Source: an uncultured Planctomycetales bacterium | GTDB lineage: Bacteria; Omnitrophota; Gorgyraeia; Zapsychrales; CAYRXT01 | Direction of reading: 5' to 3' | Assembly (NCBI GenBank): GCA_964428315.1 | Contig: CAYRXT010000013.1 | Coordinates: 1 to 62,513, forward strand | DNA: 62,513 bases | Shown: piece after piece, positions 48,201-60,200 of the stretch | Position numbering within the stretch: position 1 is the first letter of the stretch | Layout of the letters: every line of letters starts with the position of its first letter | Notes under the pieces: generated by a model | Databases searched by the model: none | What the model saw: only the letters and a program-made list of their open reading frames with translations | What the model was told of the DNA's origin: nothing | Translations under genes and position numbers: made by a program

Positions 48201-51200
48201 TCGTCCTTGATCCAGCCCTGGATGCGGAGTGGCGCCTGACCGCGGATTCGCCGTGGCAGTGCAGGCAGGGATGGCATGCCATGGGCGATACCGCCGCATA
48301 CTGGGGCTGTTATCCCTTTGTCATGACTGAGACCGAACCCGCCGTGTCTGTGCGGATTCCCGAGGAAGTTATCCTTGAGCAGAACCACCCGAACCCCTTC
48401 AGGCCGGACACGCGCATCCGTTTCGGCCTGCCCGTAGCCGGGCGGGTGACCCTGGAGATCTTCAACCTGCTGGGGCAGGAAGTCAGGACGCTCGTGGCCG
48501 GCGGGGACTATCCGGCGGGTTACCATGCCGTGACGTGGGACGGCCGCGATAACAACGGCGCGGCGGTCAGCGCGGGGATTTATTTCGCGCGCCTGCGGTT
48601 CAGGGACAAGGTGTTGACCTCCAAGATGATGATGACGCGCCTCGAGCGGGACAACGACAAAGACGACAAAGACAAAGGGGCCAGTCCCCGAAAGGGGACT
48701 GGCCCCTTTGATGGCCCCTTCAAGGGGACTGCGCCCGTTGCGTCCCGGTTCACCGCCAGCATCGCCGGCTCCCATGCCCTTATCTTCAACTGGCTGGCGT
48801 CGGCGCTGGGCCGGGGAGGGGAAGCGGATGTCCCGGCGCGCGCGAAAGGCGCGAGCGCTAGGGAAGACCTTTACACCGATGCCGACGCGGCAGGTTTCCT
48901 GGAGCTGCTTTCCGCCGGAAATTTCTACACGACGGAAGAGGCCGCCGAAATCATACGTGCCACCGACAGCCTTTCAAGCGCGCACGGCGCGCCCGATCCC
49001 GATTCTCTGAACGGGCGGATCAGGGAAGAATTGAAGACGGCGCGCACGGCCGAGGACTCTCTAAAAGCCGTATGGCAGGCTATTGAGTCGCAAGGGCTGT
49101 CCGAAAAACTCCGTTTCCAGAACGACGAAGAATATCTGCTGCTGTCGCGGGTGTTCGCCGCGCCGCTGGTCCGGGAGGAACCCTTGAAGGGTATGTTTTC
49201 CGGGCGTCCGGATGACGGGATGTTTGGGCGGCTGCTGACAGCCCGAATGCGTTCCGGAATGGCAATCAACATAGGATTAGAGGAGGCGATCCAGGGCGCC
49301 AAGCTGTCGTTTAGTGAAGGCTGTGTCTTAAATATGTTTTACGTGGCGGTCACGCTGCCGCGCCTTACCAAGGGGACAGGCCTTTATGTCCGCGTCATGG
49401 AACTGCCCGGGCATGTCTGCTTTATGCTTATGAAGGGAAAACGCGCGTTCATCTTTGACACTTCTGGGGGAATCAGCGAAGGACCGTTCCGTCTCGGACG
49501 CTATACGCAAAAGGAAGGTTCCACGTATTATTTCAACGCGGCGTTTTTTGAGGAGATTTTTCCCGAAGAATGGAAACCTCACCGAAAAGATTACACGCGA
49601 TTCCGGCTGTATGACGTCGGGAGCTTTCCCCTCTTTGGCATGAATAATATCGGCGCGATATACGACTTGATCGGTGAAAAACACCTCGCCAGGGAATATT
49701 GGGAAGGGATTATTTCAAAAGACCTCGGCCAGGTCCTTGCCCTGGAAAATCTGGGTTCCGTTTGTTTTGAGTCGGCGGCGTACGCCAAGGCCGCTGAACA
49801 CTGGTCACAGGCCCTGTCTTTGGATCCCCGGAGCGGACGGATCCGTAATAACCTGAAGAGCGCACTGCTGGGGCAGGCCTCCCGGTCCCTCCAGGAAGGA
49901 AACCATTCGCAGGCGATTGAAGCCTTTTGGCGGGTACTGGAAATCGAGCCAGGGGATTTTCAGGCCGGTATCGGATTGTCCCTGGCTTATCTTGGGCAGT
50001 ACCGGGGCGTTATCCTGTTTGTGTGTTACGGCGTTTACCTTGCGGCCGCGCTGTACTTCATTGTCTTCTGGCTCGCCCTTGCGTTCAGGCGGGCGCTCCG
50101 CGCCCTGCGCGGACTCCGGGGGAAAGGGCAAGTTGCCGATAAAGAGGCAAAAACCGGCCATCCCAACGAAGCCCAAGACATATATAACGAATGGCAGGCT
50201 CAATACGGTAATAAAGCGGATGTCATCATTTCATCTTTTGGAGAATTGGTTCTTGCCAAAGAAGGCGCCAAGCGATTTATTGAGAGAGTTATTGAGATTT
50301 TTGCGAAAGATATCAATCCCCAAGCAGAGGTGAAAGATACAATTGAGAAAGTGAAAGATACTCGTTTTAGAGAATTTATTTGGTGGCTTCTTTCGATCGT
50401 TTCCTACGGGGAACCATGGAATATGTTTATTTCTTGTTTTGCAAACGAAGATCTTTTGCGCGTCGTTATTAAACATCGTGTTCCTGCAAAGAAATTTATA
50501 GATGCCTCAGATATCTATGACAAGGCAGGGCAATCAGGCGGGAAGGCTTACCATAAAGAGTATAGAGCATTGAGAGAGAAAAGGGGAGAAGAGCCTATAC
50601 CGAAGGTCTTTGTTGGTTTTCATTCGGATTTTGAAGCTATCAATTGGAATGCAAATCTTATCAGAGGAATCGAGGAACCTTCAGGGATCAAAGGGATTAA
50701 AGGATATAAGTTGACAATTATTAAAGCAATGGTTAAAGGTGATCTTCAATATTTGTTTATCAAAACAAAGGACCAAAAATTGATTAAGGATCTTTGGGAC
50801 ATTTTTAATTTGGATGAGTGGACGAAGACAGAATTATTAAAAAACAATTTTGATAAGTTTTTGCCCGTCTATTTGCTGCAGGTTAAAGAGGTAAAGAATG
50901 TTGATAGGAAAGGGATTTTTATTTATGAATACCAGCCTTTAGTAAGGGTTCCAAGGGATGCCAGTCAAGACTTGAAGGATTTTATGGGTGCTGTGGAGAA
51001 GTACGTTTCATTTGTTGCTAGTCATTATCCTGAAAAGTTAATCAGGGATAATGGTAAGATTTCTGAAATTCTTTTCCCCACCACGGGACATTTCATGATA
51101 AATGAAGGAATACTTTTTCAGCCATCCCTGTTCTTGAACAGGTATGGGTATTGGTTGAAGGATAGAGGTTATAGATTGGCAGTGCTTGATGAGCCGATTA

Positions 51201-54200
51201 AGTATACGCATCTGGATCAGCGAATTGGTGCCGTCCATTTTGTGTGGCAGAAAGAAAGATCTGTTAGACACTCAAGATGTTTTATCATCCGTAAATTAAT
51301 TAAAAATGGTAAAGATACCACCCATAGGTTGAATGTCTTTGGCGTCATGGCGGCGGTTGGGCAGGTAGCAATAGCGATAGTTTTCTTGGCGATTGCCGCG
51401 TGGGAGTTGCCGCGCATAGGGAAATTAATACTGAGAAACAGCGGGAGGTCCAAAAAGATAGATGGGGAAAAAGTTGCGATATTGGCAATAGAAGACTACT
51501 CCCCTGGAAAGAAGGGGTCAAAAGAGAAAGAGCCAGATATCAAAATAGCCGCCGATATCCTTAAAAAGGCGGGAACCTACTCACAAAAGGAAAAAACAGC
51601 GCGATACGCTCCGAAGAACGTGGATTTTGCGGATATCGTTAAAATCATCAAAGAGAAATCCGTCACGATCCGCGGCATTCTTGAGGGCCGGGAAGGTATG
51701 TTACCGAAGGAAGAGAGGATCGTGCGGGTGCTCGTGAAGGCTCTGCGGGACGCGGGATGGGGTGGCAAGATCCGGGTTTCCGGTTCGAAAAGGCCCAGAT
51801 ACAAGGGGAGGACACAGCAGGAGGATAAAAGAATCGTGATCGTCCAGGAGGATTTTGATCTGGTGAGGAAATCGAACCTGTCGATAGGCACGACGCTTGG
51901 GGTGTTTGACGGCGGGGAATGTATAGGCGCCGTGTCTCTGTTGAATGGTCCGATAACGACTATGATGACAGCGGGGGAGGAAGGAATACGGCATTTCGCC
52001 TATGACGGTGAAGCGTTCATCAAGCGGCGGGAAATTCTTGATTTAAGTCTGCCGACCGACAAGAAATCGACAGTCGCCTTGGGGGGACGATACACTGAGT
52101 GGCATCCGTTATTTCAAAACTACTATAAGGATAACGGGAAAGGGATCCCGGGCAGTGACGGCAAACATTTAAAGACGCGATACGGAGGGATTGTGAGGAG
52201 AGACGGGCGTGTGTACAGCGCACTGGCCGCGAATATGTACAACGCTTTTTGCAACAATGGGTTTGTGAGCGACATTGTGAGCCTGGAAGAGGCGAAGATC
52301 TATGAGAGGTTCACCCGCGCGGCCAAAGGCCGGATGTTATTCATGACGGAATACGGTCGTGAAGCCCAGGAAGAAACTTTGGCAGGACAAACAGTGCAGG
52401 TGTATTTTGGCAACGGCGATGCGGTCAACAGGTTAGAAAAATATTCGGAAGAGAAAAAAGATGGGCATGATAAAGCCCCGTTTGAGGCGCGGGCAGGTCC
52501 GCGGGCCGGATATCAGGGATGGCGTCTGGTCTTAAGAGTCCCGGGCGTTCTGCTGTCCCGGCTCAGGTGGAAGAAGAGTTTAAAGACATTCGTTAAAAGG
52601 CATATGCCGGCGGAGGAATGGAGAGACGATGTGATAAGCGGGGTATTGGCTGTGGCGGAGGCCGCGAAGTGTGTGAGAATATTATACGTCGAGGGAGGAG
52701 AGGGCACGGGGAAGATGGATTCCGGAGGGGCGGAGATGCGGAGGATAGACGCGGAGACGGATGAAATGCTCGCCAAAAATCTGAAGCCGCATGTCAAGAT
52801 ATATTACTCGGAGGATGCCGGTATATTCCAGTCGTTTGAGAACGGAGAAGGTTTTCAAGGGCAAGGCAAGCATATCTGGTACTCCGGTGACGGACTGGAC
52901 GGATCCTCGCTGGTTAAAAGCAACTGCGGAGGGGGGACGATTGGGGCTTTCAGGAAATTCTATGCGGAATCTCCCATCGTCGGCAGGGATGGGAGGCATA
53001 TTGTCGGTTCGATGTTCGTGACCTACGGCGTCAAGGTCGCGTTGATCGTCAGGATCGGCAATAAGGTCTATGAATTTGAGTTAAGGGAAGAGGAATTTTA
53101 CAAGACAGGCCGGATCAGATTGCACCGGAAAAGGAAGGCGCGCGCGAAGGACAAACGCATCGCCGTGGGAGGATCACGCAAACAATGGCCCGAAGGACTG
53201 GAGAAATTTTTTGACAGGTGGTTTGAGGGAGGCGCGGTTCTCGGATACGCGGGCGCGCTAGTCACGGATATCTACGGGATGATAAAGTTTATCCAGGACG
53301 GAGGGAATGGGCTGTTTTCCTATCCCGCCAACAAATTGAGGGTGCGCTCCGAACTGCAGGCGATAGCGGGTATCATAGAGGCGGCGGGAGGGAGAAGTAT
53401 CACCTATGTCCATAAAGACGGGGAATCGGCACAAGACATTCAAAGTCTGCTTGATCTGCCACTGACTCATGAGCCGGACAGCCTTCAACAGCAGAAGGCG
53501 CCTTCTGCGTTTGGGGACGAAAACAGCATAAATGAATTGGAAAGGGCCCTGTCCGGTTCCGGGCGTTATGGCGGGGGATCTGCCGTTCTTTTTGGGACAA
53601 CAATACCGCCGACTGTCATATTAGCCGTGGCATTAATTGCTGTATGGCTGTTGGCAAACAGCATTCTCCGGTCGATGCGAAAAGACTTGGCAGGCGGGGC
53701 CTCTGAGAAAAAGTCCGGTTCCAAAGGGGTTATCGCGGTCATCATTATCGTTTTGATATTGGGATTCTTTCTGTGTGTGAAGACAGACGCCAAGGGCGCT
53801 TCTTTGCGTACCCGGCCGGAGCGTCAAACGGAGAGTCTTGCGGAGCCGGACCGGACAAATCCCGCGGCCGGCAGCACGCGTTTGTATTTAAATATCGGGT
53901 ATGTGGCCGGGATTATTATGATTGCGCTTATAATTTATTTGTATTTGGTTTTGGATGAGGAGGCTCGGGGAGGAGCGAAAATACTGATGGCGGGAATTCT
54001 CATGACCTATTATTTGCTGGGGATGCCCGGGACATCGCCCCAGTCGCGTCTTCCGCGCGGGCTGGATTACGGCGAACTGAACGGAATTTCGGCGGGAGAT
54101 CCTCTCGCGCGGGTCACAAGCCAACGGCGTTATTTGGGTATTCCCGATTCCATGGAGATCCAGAACGTGAGGCCCCTGCCCGGGCGCGGGCGCGCGTACT

Positions 54201-57200
54201 TCGAGGTCCGCATCAACGGACCCCCGGGAAGCCCTCCCCCGCCCAAAATCGCCATGATCATGGGCTGTCCCGCCAGGGATGCCTCCGCGCCTCTGACAAG
54301 GTTTAACGGCTGGTTCCCTGTTTTCCTGGTCCTCCTGATGGCCATCACGCTCATCTGGCCCAAGATGGTGAAGCGGTATTCCGGCAAAAGGACCAATGAT
54401 ATCCCCGTGTATATCTTCCGTTATTCCGAAGGGAACAATGCCTGGAAATTCCTTTGGCTTTACTTGGGCCTGACGATCTTCACGCTCGGGCTGTTCACCT
54501 GGTTCACGCCCGCCCAGAATGACGCGGGGATTCTTCTGCGGATGGTGCTGTTTTTCTTAAATTCCTGCCTGATGATCGAAGGGATCTTCCTCTTGCTTGC
54601 CAATGCCTCTCTGTCCCGAGTCAATCCGCTTAAAGTCATTCTGAATTTCTCTCCCGCTTTCGCGGCGCTGGTAGCCGTGCTCTTCCAGCTCGATGAAGCC
54701 GTCCTGACCGGGTCGTTTGCCGTGCTGTTCTTTGTTCAGTTTGTCTATTTTGCGTCACTGTTTGGACCAATTTTTGTCATGGGTGTTTCAGGAATCCGTT
54801 ATGCGCGTTCCGTGGCCGCGGCGCTTGTATTGAGCGCTCTATTGTTTTTCGGCGTGAGCGCCTTTTTCCTGGAGCGGCCGCAACCCGCGGGCGGCGCAGA
54901 CAGTCCTTTAGTCCGGGAGCAGGTGGAAAATTCGCCTGGGGCGGAGGCGTTCAAAAAGCGTATGGCGGACATTATCCTCTCCAGGCTGGGCGCGCCCGGC
55001 GCACCGTTCAGGGACTGGAAACGCTGGCCTTTCGTGGAGGAATTCTGGGAAGAGGCGGGCATGACGCCCGAAGAGGCCGCGCGGGCCGCCGGGTTGTTCC
55101 ATGAAGAACTCAAAGGCATCCTTTTCTGGTGCGAGGCGCGTTTCGCGCAAGAATATATGAAGACGCAGAGAAGTCTGCCGGGCGGAGGATTTACGTTTAA
55201 GCCTGAATGGGAGTACGACGTGGTTGTACTGACGGTGCTCAGGCTGAAAGGAGAGTCCTGGGAGGCGGTGTGGGCGGTCATCGACAGACTGACCGGCCTT
55301 TGGGTGGAGGAGACAATCGAGGACCATAAGGAAGAGGGACTGTTCAGGAAAACCGGCTGCGGGTCTTCTACCACTCACATTGGCTTCGGGTCAAAGAATT
55401 CTGAGTATACGGTTCTGAATTCAAAAGCCGCATTGGCTGCCGCGATTCTGATTGTTTTCGTGTTTTCAAGTTGTCTTGCGTACATCATCTACCGTTTGAA
55501 TCGCCATGCCCGCGAACGACGCGGCATTCCTGACGCCCGAGAAGGGAGGCCGGTGCCGGGTGTCCTCCCGTATCAGGACGAGGTGCCCCTTGCCATTGAA
55601 CGGGCCGGCCATGATGAGGTTATGAAACGGGTCAAAGAAATAGTCGGTTCAACGGCATCGCCGGAACTGCCCTTAATCCGCTTTGAACCGGTCACCGTGA
55701 AGGATCTCCTCGGCATGATTCGACAAGAATTCTTCAGCCGGGCACCGTCAGAAAAAACCCTGAGCACCTGGATCGAGAAAGACTCGGCCGTGGTGAAACC
55801 GCACATGGGCCCGATGGTTCTCCGGGCCGATTTTCAGACTCTTTTAAATAAGAGATATATTATCGGGATCATCCGGCCCGGATCCGGGTGCCGTTATGTC
55901 GCGTGCTCGGAGTTCGGAAAAGAAAAGAGGCTCGCGCGTCTTCTGATGCCCGGAGAGAGGGCGCCGGTTTACATTGAGCAATCAAGCTTGCAAGCCCTTG
56001 AAGGAAAGACTCTCCGGCTCCTGGGCCGCGCCGGGATGCATACCTTGGACAAGGATGCCGTCGTCCGGGAGGAAGATGTCCACCTCCTGATCAAGGAGGG
56101 CCGGGTCGTCCGGGGGATCATGGAGGGCGAAGATGTCCTCATCACAAAATTCGCCCTTTCCCGAAACCGGAAATACCGGGACGCCCAGTGGCGGTGGCGG
56201 CTCAAGGAGATCACGGACGGACTGCCCGGGGACCCGGCTGTCGCTTTTGCGGCCTTCGAGAAGGCCCTGGAAGGACTCGGCGAATCCCAGTGGGAGAAAA
56301 ACGGGGACGTTTATGCTATCGACGCCCTCCTGGACCTGGCCGCGCTGGTGAAGGAGACGGCCCTTGAGGTCGTAACACACGGGTGTCCCTTTGCCACGGC
56401 CGGGCTTATCGCGGCGGCCCTGCTCCTGCCCGTCCAGTCGAAGACCTTGCGTCGCCGGCGGCTTTTAAACGGCCTGGCCTGCTCCGAAGATTTCGATCCC
56501 GCTGCCGTCGTCCAGAGGGTTCGCCAGGTCCGGAAGACCATGGAGGATTTTGACCTGCGCAACCTTAACAAGGACCGCGGATACGTCCAGAAACACCTGA
56601 AGATGGTCATCGACATGTTCCTCCACAGGCCCGAGGTCGCGCTCCTTTTCATGGCGGCGGAGCTCCACGACCTGCGCGACTGTGCCGGACCGGATAAGGC
56701 CCTGGAGGAAAATGAAAGCCATGTTCTGATGCTGCGGGCCGTGGCCGAGGCACTGTTCATGAAGAAGATCATGCGCCGGATCGAGGGTCTGACGGTGTTG
56801 CCGGAAACAATCAAGGAAATAGACGGTGAAGTCCGAGGCTTATACGGCATGGGCCTGGAAGCCATCAGGAGACAGCGGCATAGGATCGAGCTGTATATCC
56901 GGAACGCCCTGAAAAAAGAGGGGATGACTTCGTTTCGTGTTTCCGGACGGGAAAAGACTTTGCACTCGATCAAGAGGAAGATGGATTGCAGAAAGCCGAT
57001 TAATGAGATGTACGATCTCATAGCGTTTCGTGTGGTTGTAGAGGATTGGGAGACAGCCGAACGGATCACAAGTGTTTTACAGAAAGACAAGGCCTTGGGG
57101 GATGGCGTCGTAAATCTGGAGGTTAGGTCTAAGACCAGCGTGCCGACGCGATCAGGTTTTCAGGCCATTTACCTTGTTTTTGGCATCCCGCTTCCGGAGA

Positions 57201-60200
57201 GCGTCAGCAGGGTGACGGGGAGAGCGGGTTTTCTGCCCTTTGAGGTGCAGATCCAGACGCGAGACGCTTTTGAATTGGGTGAATTCGGCAAGGCCAACCA
57301 CGCGGGTTACGAATTTGATCTGCGGGGCTGGGGTTACCTTCCGCCCAGGACGATCGCGCGGATGAAAGACGACGACCTAGTACGCAACCTCGAGAGCTAT
57401 TTCGAAGCGAACGGCCTGAGAGGCAAGAACTTCGTGCGTTTCCGCGTGCGTTTCCGCGAGAAGGAGTCCGGAAAACGAACGTACACGGTCATTGCCGAGG
57501 TGCCGGAGATACAAAATGGAGACTTGCGAGGGTACAGCACGTTCCTGGACGCGCAGGCCGAGCCGGAGATCGACAAGTTCGGTTGTTACAAAACGGGCCG
57601 CCTGTATATGTTTGACGGATCAGAGAAAGATATCGATGCCGCCTACGCGAAGCTCCTGAGCGGGGACCTTGTCGAGGTGGATTTTGCCGATAAACCGCCT
57701 GAGAAGCTGGTGAAAAAGAAGATAATGTTCTGGCAAAAGGAGAAGGATAAGGATTGCGGTAAGCATGAGTCCAACCCTCCTATGTGGGTGCCCGTGGCCC
57801 CTGTCCAGTCGCCCCGCACAAAGATGCTGGTTTATTTGCTCGGAAAGTGGGATCCCGAAAGCTTGGAACACCTCCTGGGCCGCGAGGACAAGGGTTATTA
57901 TATCCAGATTAGCATAAATGCTCTGCGAGACAAAAGGCGCCTGAAGATCGTGACGGACAAAACGAAAGCCTGTGAAGAGGAGAAAGAACTCCTGGACGCT
58001 AGGACGATCCCCTGGCCTGATCCGAAAGAGCTGGACACGGTCCTCCTGCCCCTGATCCTCTGGGTCGCCCAAAGAGGCAAAGCGGCCCTTGAGGAATTGA
58101 AAATCTTGGCCGGTGATGACGAGTTTGGGGCACAGGAGAGCGCGCTTACTGACAAATACAAAGAGAAGGGTGAGCACTTGCAGACCGTTATTACGGCCCG
58201 GATGCTCACAAAAGTTCTGAAGGAGGAGTACGGGCTGACGGAAATTCAGGATAGAAATCAAAAATGGAAAGAGATCCGGGAGCTTTTGCAAGAGTGGGGC
58301 CTGTTCTTAAAAAAGGAGGAAGATGCCTGGAAAGTTGACGCGGATAAAACAAAAAGGGAGTGGAAAAGAAGAAAAGAGATTCTCGATAAAAAGCCGGTCC
58401 TGGGGGTGGTTGATCTCCTCGGGGCAACCGATCCCGAGACCCGGGAAAACGTTGACATTTTGCAGACCCTGGCGGAAAGGCTCGGGTTCAAGTCCATGGA
58501 AAACGACAGGGGTCTGGCAGAGATCCTAGTCGCTGCCGTGACGGTGGACGATGTTCAGGACCGGCTGATGGAGTTGATCAAAGAGGAAAAAGGATACAGA
58601 CGCCGGTTGAAGGAGAAGATGCAGGTTTCGCTTTGGGCCTTCCCCGGACCGCTTGCCGCGGCCTTGATGCTGCCGGGCGTTCTGACGGTTTGGTTAAAGT
58701 TAAATCTGAAGGGGCCGGTCCCTTATGGGGACGGCTGGGCAAAAGAGAATCATCCGCGCCGGGGCAGTCGTAAGACGACCACCCTCTTTCCGTGGCTGGT
58801 GGAGGGTCGCCGGCCCGGCGCGGATTTATCTTTAACCCCAGCCCCAGGTGACTGTCACCGCTGTGGTGACTGTCACCTGGGGCTTTTGCACAGCCTCGGC
58901 TGGGGCGATGTTTTCAATTATCTGAGGGGGTTGCTTCGCCGAAGGGGGCTTCGCCGCCCCCGGCATACTTCGTCACGGGGGTTCGCGATGACAGCGGGCT
59001 TGGGCGGCAAGGCCGCGGCGGCGGTCATTGTCGCGCTGGTCCTTTCCCGCCTGGGTGTTCCTCTGGCTTGGACCCTGCCTCTTGTGCTGGCTGCCCTGTC
59101 TTTCCAGGCGGGAGGCGGCGGTCAGCGGGACGCGGACACTCCGGAAAAGGTGATCCGGAAACTGGCAGGTCAGTTTGCATATACCCAGGATCAAGTGCAC
59201 GAGCTTGTCCGAAGATTCCGGGAGCGGGGCCTGGCCGCCGCGCGGGAGGGAGAAAAGACAGGCGAGCTGTTCAAAACGGTGGTTATCCCGGTTGAGCGGG
59301 TGCCCGGGACCCTGTACCACGAGGAGGCGTATATCTTCGCCCGGGCCATGGGGCTCGACGCGCGTATCGTGGAGTTGTCTCCGGCTTCCGGCCGGGATTT
59401 CGAAGGGTACGGGGTCATGATCCGCGAAAAAGAAAAAGTCTGGCTGATCGACCTGAGCAATGTCCGGGCGCCCCTGGGAGGGCCGTTCGACGCGGTCGTT
59501 GATAAGGAGAAAGGCGAGGATATCCTCCTTAAAAAAGAAGAAAAGGTTCACGTCCTGGCGCGGGTCCTGGACACGGACGCTGTTCTCGCCCTGAGATGCC
59601 GCCTGACCGGCGACCTCTTGCGTGATGAAAGATATTTCAAGAGCGCCGCCGCGCTTTATGAACAGGGCCTGGAGTACCTGCCGGGAAACACTACGCTCCT
59701 TTTGCGGCTGGGCATGGTCTATACGCTTTGGGCCCGGCGGGAGGCCGCGCGCGCCCAAAAAACAACCACGTGGCGCTATGAGGCCGGGAAGCGTTACGAC
59801 AAAGCCCTTCACTATTACCTGGAGGCGCTGGCCTTACAGAAAGACGACAGGTCTTTGTTAAACACGATTGGCGGCGTGCACAAGTCCCTCGGGGACATCG
59901 CGAAAAACCGCGAGGGAGCTGTCTTCCGCTACAACATGGCGCTCTTACTTTACAAGAGGGCCCTGGATCTGACCGGTGAGGATGACAACGCCGAAAAGAG
60001 CATCTTCAGTTTCAACGCCGGGGTTGTCTCCGAGCTGACCGGACAGTTTGAAACCGCGGCCGGGTTTTACAGGGAGGCTGCGGAGTTAGACCCGGCCAAT
60101 CCGGCCCCCCGCATCAAGCTGGGGCATGTGTATTTTGAAATGAAAGACTGGGACCAGGCCGCCGCGAGTTATGAAAAGGTGCTGGAAGAGTTCGGATGGA

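Noticed and set aside
58323-58529. 68-aa frame-3 ORF preceded by AAAAAGGAGGAAG.
   Set aside because: The spacer to the ATG is only about 3 nt. The product is K/R/S/G/W-rich junk. The purine run simply encodes KKEEDA in the protein-like frame-2 translation.
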